Shown here: positions 25,820 through 31,951 of the stretch, one piece after another
Position numbering within the stretch: position 1 is the stretch's first letter
Layout: each line of letters begins with the position of its first letter
NCBI GenBank assembly: GCA_964401865.1
Contig: CAYNZZ010000013.1
Span: forward strand, 1 to 31,951
Reading direction: 5' to 3'
Length of the DNA stretch: 31,951 nt
From: an uncultured Erysipelotrichaceae bacterium
Lineage (GTDB): Bacteria; Bacillota_I; Bacilli_A; Erysipelotrichales; Erysipelotrichaceae
The notes under the pieces: generated by a model
The model's database searches: none
What the model was told of the DNA's origin: nothing
The model's input: the letters and a program-made list of their open reading frames with translations, nothing else
Translations under genes and position numbers: made by a program

Positions 25820-26038
25820 ATGAAGAAAGTATTTAATTTAGAAGAGTTGGATTGTGCAAATTGTGCAAGAAAAATGGAAGAAGCTGGAAGAAAAATAGAT
25901 GGAGTTTTGAATTTATCAATAAATTTCATGACATTAAAAATGAAACTTGAAGCCGAAGATGAAAGATTTGATGAAGTATTAAAAGAAGTTATCAAAGAAA
26001 TGAAAAAAGTTGAACCAGAATGTAAGGTTATCTATTAA
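25820..26038 (+). CDS. stand-alone HMA (heavy-metal-associated) domain protein
   Basis: AGGAGG 6 nt upstream of the ATG at 25820. Metal motif LDCANCA. 72 aa. TAATG overlap with the ATPase start. Confidence 0.75.
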   Translation: MKKVFNLEELDCANCARKMEEAGRKIDGVLNLSINFMTLKMKLEAEDERFDEVLKEVIKEMKKVEPECKVIY

Positions 26039-27855
26039 TGACAACTAAACAGAAAAAATTACTTTATCAAATTATAATAAGTTTTATTGTTTTTGTTATT
26101 TCTATCTTAATTGGAAATGATTTTGCAGTTATCGGATTTGTGGCAGCATACATTATCGTTGGATATGATGTGATTATTAAAGCTTCAAGGAATATTATTC
26201 ATGGACAGGTTTTTGATGAAAGTTTTTTAATGTTTATTGCGACTTTAGGAGCTTTTCTAACTTATGAATATCCTGAAGCTGTTATGGTTATGTTGCTTTA
26301 TCAGATTGGAGAATTATTTCAAAGTTATGCAGTAGGAAAATCACGCAAATCAATTCAAGCCTTAGTTGAAATTGCGCCAGAATATGCTAACTTGATTAAA
26401 GATGGAAAAGAAGAAAAGGTAGATCCTGAAGAAGTAGGTATCAACGATATCATTTTAGTCAAAGCGGGAGAAAAAGTTCCATTAGATGCTACTTTAATCA
26501 AGGGAAAGACTTCGTTAAATTTATCAGCTTTAACTGGTGAATCTAGACCGGTAGAGGTTAGTGCTGGTGATGAGATATTGAGTGGCTCGATTAATTTAAC
26601 CAGCCCAATCTATTTAAAAGTAAATAAAGAATATGAAGATTCTGCTGTTTCAAAGATATTGGATTTAGTGGAAAATGCTAGTAACAAAAAGTCAAAAAGT
26701 GAAAATTTCATTACAAAATTCGCAAAATACTATACACCAACCGTTACGATAATGGCTTTGATGTTGGCGATTATTCCACCACTGTTTAATGGCCAATGGA
26801 CAGATTATATTTCTAGGGCTTGTTCATTTTTGGTTATTTCGTGTCCGTGTGCTTTAGTCATTTCTGTGCCATTAACTTTCTTTAGTGGCATTGGTGTTTC
26901 CAGCAAAAATGGTATTTTAGTTAAAGGAAGTAATTATCTCGAGGCATTAAGTAAAGTGAATACAGTTGCTTTTGATAAAACTGGAACGCTTACTTATGGG
27001 GAATTTAGTTTAGATAAAGTATATGCTCAAAATAAAGATGAAGATAGACTTTTAAATTACGCTTTGATTGCTGAAGATAAATCTAATCATCCAATCGCAT
27101 TATCACTTAGAAAAGCCGTTAATAAAAAGGTTGATACTAGCGATTTTGAATATCAAGAAATAGCTGGTAAAGGTATTATTGCATCAAAAGGCAATGAAAC
27201 TATTTATGCCGGAAATCTTCAACTTATGAAAGAAAATAACATTGAAGTCGAAGAGCCGTATGTATCGCACACTATTGTTTATGTTGCGGTCAATGATGAA
27301 TATTTGGGTTACTTAACATATTCAGACAAAGTTAAACCAGAAGCTCAAACGCTAATCAACAATTTAAAAAATAGGAATATTAAAACAGTTATCTTGTCGG
27401 GCGATCAAAAAGAATACGCCAATGATTTAGCGAAGGAAATTGGCGTTGATGAAGTTCATGCTGAACTTTTGCCTGAAAATAAGGTCAACGAACTGGAAAG
27501 CTTATTAAATGAAAAAGGTAAGGTTGCATTTGTAGGAGATGGAATTAATGATGCTCCTTCATTAATGCGTGCAGATGTTGGTATAGCTATGGGTGCTATT
27601 GGCAGCGATGCAGCTATTGAAGTTAGTGACATAGTTATTGTCGATGATGATATCAGTCAAGTTGATAAAGCAATAAAGATAGCAACAAAGACGATGGCTA
27701 TTGTATGGCAAAATATCATTCTTGCGTTAGGTGCTAAATTAATAGTGTTGATTTTAGGAGCGTTTGGAATTGCAAGTATGTGGATGGCAGTTTTTGCTGA
27801 TGTGGGAATTGCTTTCATCGCGATACTAAATGCAATGCGTGCTATGAAAGTCTAA
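26038..27855 (+). CDS. P1B-type heavy-metal-translocating ATPase (Zn/Cd-type signature), lacking a fused N-terminal HMA domain
   Basis: Motifs TGES, SCPCALVISVP (CPC), DKTGTLT, GDGINDAP, and ADVG (DxG) in the last TM helix. 605 aa. Confidence 0.88.
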   Translation: MTTKQKKLLYQIIISFIVFVISILIGNDFAVIGFVAAYIIVGYDVIIKASRNIIHGQVFDESFLMFIATLGAFLTYEYPEAVMVMLLYQIGELFQSYAVGKSRKSIQALVEIAPEYANLIKDGKEEKVDPEEVGINDIILVKAGEKVPLDATLIKGKTSLNLSALTGESRPVEVSAGDEILSGSINLTSPIYLKVNKEYEDSAVSKILDLVENASNKKSKSENFITKFAKYYTPTVTIMALMLAIIPPLFNGQWTDYISRACSFLVISCPCALVISVPLTFFSGIGVSSKNGILVKGSNYLEALSKVNTVAFDKTGTLTYGEFSLDKVYAQNKDEDRLLNYALIAEDKSNHPIALSLRKAVNKKVDTSDFEYQEIAGKGIIASKGNETIYAGNLQLMKENNIEVEEPYVSHTIVYVAVNDEYLGYLTYSDKVKPEAQTLINNLKNRNIKTVILSGDQKEYANDLAKEIGVDEVHAELLPENKVNELESLLNEKGKVAFVGDGINDAPSLMRADVGIAMGAIGSDAAIEVSDIVIVDDDISQVDKAIKIATKTMAIVWQNIILALGAKLIVLILGAFGIASMWMAVFADVGIAFIAILNAMRAMKV

Positions 27856-27884
27856 TAAATGTTATAATTTAATAAAGGAGGATT

Positions 27885-28667
27885 ATGGCGATGATTGATT
27901 ACAATCAAGGTAATGGAAAAGAGTATCATATCGGAGTTGGAAAAGGGGATGTAGGTGAATATGTTATATTGCCAGGTGATCCAAAAAGATGTGAGAAAAT
28001 CGCTAAATATTTTGATAATCCAATATTAGTTGGCGATAGTCGAGAATTTGTAACATATACTGGTACACTTAATGGTGTTAAAGTTTCAGTAACTTCTACT
28101 GGCATTGGCGGACCAAGTGCTTCAATAGCGATGGAAGAATTGGTTAAATGCGGTGCCCATACTTTTATTCGTGTAGGTACTTGCGGAGGAATGGATATTG
28201 ATGTAAAAGGCGGAGATATCGTTATCGCTACCGGTGCGATAAGGTTTGATGGCACAAGCAAGGAATATGCACCAATCGAATTTCCAGCAGTTGCCAATTT
28301 AGACATTGTCAATTCATTAGTCAAATCTAGTGAGAAATTAAATGTTCCTCATCATGTAGGAATCGTACAATGCAAAGATTCATTTTATGGTCAACATAGG
28401 CCAGAAACTCTTCCAAATCATGTTGAGCTTGAAAGCAAGTGGGACGCATGGCTAAGATTACATACCAAGGCAAGTGAAATGGAATCGGCAACTTTATTTA
28501 TTGTGGCACAGTATTTAAATGTTCGTTGTGGTAGTGTGTTTTTGGTATGCGCTAACCAAGAAAGAGAAAGAGCTGGTTTAGAGAATATTCAGGTTCACGA
28601 TACAGATAAAGCAATTAGAGTAGCTATTGAATCATTGAAAGACTTAATTGATAATGAAAAGAAATAA
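27885..28667 (+). CDS. udp: uridine phosphorylase (PNP/UDP family 1)
   Basis: Collinear with Udp: [45 protein letters not shown] and EMESATL. The GGAGG is better spaced for the second ATG at 27891. Confidence 0.8.
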   Translation: MAMIDYNQGNGKEYHIGVGKGDVGEYVILPGDPKRCEKIAKYFDNPILVGDSREFVTYTGTLNGVKVSVTSTGIGGPSASIAMEELVKCGAHTFIRVGTCGGMDIDVKGGDIVIATGAIRFDGTSKEYAPIEFPAVANLDIVNSLVKSSEKLNVPHHVGIVQCKDSFYGQHRPETLPNHVELESKWDAWLRLHTKASEMESATLFIVAQYLNVRCGSVFLVCANQERERAGLENIQVHDTDKAIRVAIESLKDLIDNEKK

Positions 28668-29190
28668 TTTCTTCATATATCCTATCTTACTAATTATAGA
28701 GATCGCACTATGCTTAAAAGGCGATCTTTTTATTGATAATATATCTGGATATGCCGATAATATTTATCGATATATTTTTGTGCTTGGCTTTGGAATAATA
28801 TTAGGAATATCATTTATGATGGCGGTTAAAAATTTTGTATCTAAAAAAATTCAATCTTTATTGATGATTAGTTCAATTATGCCTGTATATCTTCCATATT
28901 TAGGAAGTAATAGTATAATTTCTCAATTACATATATTGTCGGCTTATATCGGTTTTGCTCTGCTTACAACTATTAATATTTATATTTTTTATGGATTAAG
29001 TGTTTTATCTAAGAAGATGAAAAATATCTTTAAAGTATATGTGTTTATGCTAACGGTTATTTTGGTTCTGAATCTTTATTTTTTAGGAATAAATAATCTG
29101 ATGGAGATGATATATTTAGTAACGACCACATTTATTTATGGGCTTGTTTACATAAATCGTGACACTTTGTCGCTTTCTGATTGTAATTAA
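28654..29190 (+). CDS. hypothetical polytopic membrane protein
   Basis: About 5 hydrophobic helices. Overlaps the udp 3' end. No clear RBS, and the start is uncertain (TTG at 28648 or ATG at 28654). Confidence 0.5.
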   Translation: MKRNNFFIYPILLIIEIALCLKGDLFIDNISGYADNIYRYIFVLGFGIILGISFMMAVKNFVSKKIQSLLMISSIMPVYLPYLGSNSIISQLHILSAYIGFALLTTINIYIFYGLSVLSKKMKNIFKVYVFMLTVILVLNLYFLGINNLMEMIYLVTTTFIYGLVYINRDTLSLSDCN

Positions 29191-29220
29191 AAAACAAATA
29201 GTGTAAAATGATATAGCAAT

Positions 29221-29305
29221 CCCCGAATGGCGGAATTGGTAGACGCATACGACTCAAAATCGTACGGAGCAATCCATGCCGGTTCAAGTCCGGCTTTGGG
29301 GACCA
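29221..29305 (+). tRNA. tRNA-Leu (anticodon CAA), class II with long variable arm
   Basis: CCCCGAATGGCGGAATTGGTAGACGCATACGACTCAAAATCGTACGGAGCAATCCATGCCGGTTCAAGTCCGGCTTTGGGGACCA. It has the anticodon loop CTCAAAA and an encoded CCA. Confidence 0.92.
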
Positions 29306-29317
29306 TATAGATTGCTA

Positions 29318-29344
29318 AAAGCCCTTTATATATGGGCTTTTATT
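29318..29344 (+). terminator. terminator after tRNA-Leu
   Basis: aaagccc-tttatatat-gggcttt followed by tatt. Confidence 0.6.
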
Positions 29345-29545
29345 ATATCTAAATCAAAAATAGCAATAGTTAAAATTTTAATAGCTTTTTTTCATGAGCT
29401 CTTTGTTTCTTCTAAATCATTTTGAAGATATGAAGATAATTATATACTACGTTTGTGTACTGGCTTCGATTCTTATACACCGTTGTTATAACATTATTTA
29501 AGACGAAAAAAATCCCAAAAAATCTTGAATGTTAATCATTTTTTT

Positions 29546-29594
29546 TTGCATACTTTAGAAGTATAAGATATTATCAAAAGTACACCTTTTGATA
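29546..29594 (+). promoter_or_regulatory. candidate promoter (TTGCAT-17-TATTAT) overlapped by a perfect 9-bp inverted repeat
   Basis: -35 at 29546-29551 and -10 at 29569-29574. The inverted repeat TATCAAAAG-tacac-CTTTTGATA is at 29572-29594. Confidence 0.4.
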
Positions 29595-29652
29595 ATGGTT
29601 AAACGATAAGATATTCATTATTAGATAGTTCGTATTTACGGGGGATTGCGTT

Positions 29653-31951
29653 ATGAAATCATATACACAAAAGAAAAATTATTGGCGCAAAATTGCTAAT
29701 ATTACGCTTTGCATTTTATTGCTTGGAACGAATATGACTATGGTATCAGCAAACGAGGAGCTTAGCGAAGATTCAAACCAAACTATAGAAGAAGTTGAAC
29801 AAAGCATACAAGAAGAACAAATCGCAGAGGAAAAAGAACAGAATGTAGATTATCTACCTTCAGATAGAGATGGTCTAGAACAACAGATTGACGATGTTCT
29901 TGCTAGGATAGAGAATTCAGAGAATTTAGATGAAGATAGCATGCTTAGTCTGTTCAAACAGGCGATTGAAATAAAACGCACATATGAGACTCTTGATCGC
30001 GAACAACAGTCTAACATCGATGTCGATAAGGTCGACATGCTTTTAGCGTTTGTGGAGACTTTGAATATTCAGACGCTGGATGTTGGTGATAGTGTTGTTG
30101 ACGGAATGAAGATTGCCACCGCCGAGATCTGGGCAGAGGGTGTGGACAATCAAACTTTGTCAAATGATGCCACCTTCTTTACCGTTGACTTTTCCAAGCA
30201 GTTCACTTTGCACATTGCGGTGGAAAGTAAACTGAATCTGGCAAACAAAAAAGTAGAGATTACCGTGCCTGACGGGTTGACCGTGGTGGAATACCCGATT
30301 CCTGAGCGAGGCGGTATGGCAGAGAGCGTAACGCCTGAAAGTATTGACGAGCTGCATAGTAAGAATAACTACGGCGGATACTGTCCTACAAATGGCACTA
30401 TCACCTATTCCCTCAAAAACACAGCGGAAAAGAACAGTTTTAATATCGTTCTGGCCCCGGACACCGTTCTTTGGAACAGAAGGTCAGAGCAGACACTTAC
30501 TAATCCGCTCAAAATCAGAGTCTACACAGACGCTCAAACATATCAGACAATCTCCGTAACTCCTAAGATTACAGGCAAATACAATGATACGCCTGGTGAC
30601 AACAGAGCCATTCAGACCGGTCCAAGACTGTCTAGAGTTGGCGTAAAGAATGGTGTGCCAGTGGCGGCGAACCAGCTATTTGCTCTACGACAAATCTGGA
30701 TAAATCCAGACAAGGATTACATCGATATGCCCCAGTTCTTTAAGAAGCTGGAGATTACCATCGCCTTGCCATATTATGTAAAAGATGGCACAAATGTTTA
30801 TGCGAAATTCGACCATGTTACCTATGACCCTGCAGGACAGTCCACTAGGCCTAATATGCTAAATCCAGATAATCACAAGGATGTGAACGGTGATTATTTG
30901 AATGGATTTAATTTCGCAGTAATAGAAAACAAAGATAATCATACCATTACACTAGTTTATGAAAACCTTTATTTAGAGTATGGGCAGGAATACTTAACAC
31001 CTTATTTTATATGGGAATCTGATTGCGACAACACAACTACAAATGCTGTCAAATGGGGTAGTGATTCTATTTTAAATACTGGTAAAACTGCTCCTGGATG
31101 CTATGAGGGGAAGACGCCCACTACTGGCGTTGCCTCCGCAGTGGGCGGAACGATCACTTGGCAAGATGATGGTACATGGTATCTCTATAATGGTGACTGT
31201 ACTACGTTCAGCTTCACCGCTCAAGTAGGAGAAAGCATGAGTGTGAATGGAAAAGCCAACAATCAACCGATTTATAATAATCACGAAGGCGATCCCGATA
31301 TTATCTATTATTTGGGACAGTTCCATGTGGTCAATCAGGGTGGTGCCGCGAGCGCCGATAAGACCGTGGAATTCACTTATGCATACAACGATAAAATTGG
31401 CGTCACCGCCCAGAAGATTCCTGCAACCACGGGCAAAACTGTGGAAGTCTGGTATACGACGACAAAGAACCCTGAACAAAAGTACAACGGTACTCTCACC
31501 AGTAGTGGTGGTTTTGTTACCTTTACCGCCCAGATGGCAGGACTTGGCGAGGGCGAGTATTTCACCAAAATCAAGGCCAACGTAGGCAGCTATGAGAAGG
31601 ATTATGTTGGATATGTGTCCTCCCGTGACCAGGATCCAACGTCGGGATACGCCACCACCTTCGGCAAGCTGCTGACCGAAGATGGGGCTAAGTATTCCAA
31701 CTTTGCTTCCATGAAAATGTACGATACCGCTTCAGGTGATAGCACGGCCAAATCGGGCAACTATACCGTAGAGGTCACAAACACAAGGGGCGAGATTCCT
31801 CTGGCAATGGAGCAGGCGTATAAGAAAGACAGCTTGGAGCGAGTGCCTATTCTGAGTAAGACCTCCGCAACGGCGGGAGAGACCATTACCTTCAATGGCC
31901 TGCTCAGCTCGTCCGCTTATCCTTATTCCTCCAACAATGTTACAACGGATC
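29653..31951 (+). CDS. large secreted/cell-surface protein of unknown family, 3'-truncated by the window end (766+ codons)
   Basis: This ORF is not in the supplied track. I translated 29653-31950 codon by codon and found no stop. GGGGGA lies 8 nt upstream. Signal peptide: MKSYTQKKNYWRKIANITLCILLLGTNMTMVSA/NEE. An acidic E/Q-rich segment follows, then a Thr/Gly/Asn/Tyr-rich, beta-type composition. Confidence 0.85.
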   Translation, partial: MKSYTQKKNYWRKIANITLCILLLGTNMTMVSANEELSEDSNQTIEEVEQSIQEEQIAEEKEQNVDYLPSDRDGLEQQIDDVLARIENSENLDEDSMLSLFKQAIEIKRTYETLDREQQSNIDVDKVDMLLAFVETLNIQTLDVGDSVVDGMKIATAEIWAEGVDNQTLSNDATFFTVDFSKQFTLHIAVESKLNLANKKVEITVPDGLTVVEYPIPERGGMAESVTPESIDELHSKNNYGGYCPTNGTITYSLKNTAEKNSFNIVLAPDTVLWNRRSEQTLTNPLKIRVYTDAQTYQTISVTPKITGKYNDTPGDNRAIQTGPRLSRVGVKNGVPVAANQLFALRQIWINPDKDYIDMPQFFKKLEITIALPYYVKDGTNVYAKFDHVTYDPAGQSTRPNMLNPDNHKDVNGDYLNGFNFAVIENKDNHTITLVYENLYLEYGQEYLTPYFIWESDCDNTTTNAVKWGSDSILNTGKTAPGCYEGKTPTTGVASAVGGTITWQDDGTWYLYNGDCTTFSFTAQVGESMSVNGKANNQPIYNNHEGDPDIIYYLGQFHVVNQGGAASADKTVEFTYAYNDKIGVTAQKIPATTGKTVEVWYTTTKNPEQKYNGTLTSSGGFVTFTAQMAGLGEGEYFTKIKANVGSYEKDYVGYVSSRDQDPTSGYATTFGKLLTEDGAKYSNFASMKMYDTASGDSTAKSGNYTVEVTNTRGEIPLAMEQAYKKDSLERVPILSKTSATAGETITFNGLLSSSAYPYSSNNVTTD

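Noticed and set aside
25722-25995. Long N-terminal extensions of the ArsR-family gene (to 25793) and the HMA gene (from 25778), and the antisense ORF 25753-25995.
   Set aside because: The extensions read through the divergent promoter elements and add implausible Y/I/N-rich tails. The shorter starts have proper promoter or RBS geometry.
29430-29501. 23-codon hydrophobic ORF (MKIIIYYVCVLASILIHRCYNII) downstream of tRNA-Leu, reminiscent of type I toxin peptides.
   Set aside because: It has no convincing RBS or promoter, and I could not see an antisense RNA signature. In AT-rich DNA such ORFs arise by chance. It would only be worth revisiting if transcriptomics shows a small RNA here.
29850-31585. 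Six track ORFs: 29850-30038(-), 30160-30357(-), 30344-30559(+), 31072-31479(-), 31247-31585(+) and 31377-31580(-).
   Set aside because: All lie inside, and out of frame with or antisense to, the uninterrupted 766-codon + frame that starts at 29653. They have no RBS and low-complexity, odd compositions, so they are shadow ORFs favoured by the higher GC.
1-31951. Search for CRISPR arrays, IS elements/transposases, integrases, prophage genes and rRNA.
   Set aside because: I saw no regularly spaced direct repeats, no DDE/tyrosine/serine recombinase motifs and no rRNA-like sequence. The only notable DNA repeat is the intragenic lipoprotein duplication.

Overview
Low-GC chromosome segment (about 30-35% GC by my spot counts), standard genetic code. 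Gene content and tRNA/terminator style fit a Bacillota organism of the Erysipelotrichia/Clostridia type. Most of the window is ordinary housekeeping or accessory-metabolic content: rarA, an SPFH/zinc-ribbon/TPM membrane triad, a GNAT, cls, mntP, a patatin-like lipase, a VanY-like protein, an RluA-type pseudouridine synthase, a SAM methyltransferase, pcrA, a second GNAT, a duplicated lipoprotein, a dCMP deaminase-DegV-YgjP operon, an ankyrin protein with an EF-G paralogue, TauE, HtrA, an FAD protein, a CPBP protease, an ArsR/SmtB-HMA-P1B ATPase metal module, udp and a membrane protein. There are three solitary tRNAs: His-GTG, Trp-CCA and Leu-CAA. I saw no CRISPR array, transposase, integrase or rRNA. 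Five points deserve a second look. (1) A promoter, a 22-codon leader ORF and a terminator (an attenuator-like leader) sit directly in front of an ankyrin-repeat gene and an EF-G2-class GTPase gene. (2) A 766+-codon signal-peptide ORF (29653 to the window end) is missing from the supplied ORF track. It lies just after tRNA-Leu and has patchy 48-62% GC against the ~32% background. (3) Five genes share an exact TATAAT-N6-ATG geometry with no Shine-Dalgarno, which implies leaderless mRNAs. (4) A VanY/M15B homologue has all three zinc-ligand positions substituted. (5) A lipoprotein gene carries a 228-bp in-frame internal repeat that is far more conserved than the rest of the duplicated unit. All functional calls rest on motifs read by eye; no searches were run.
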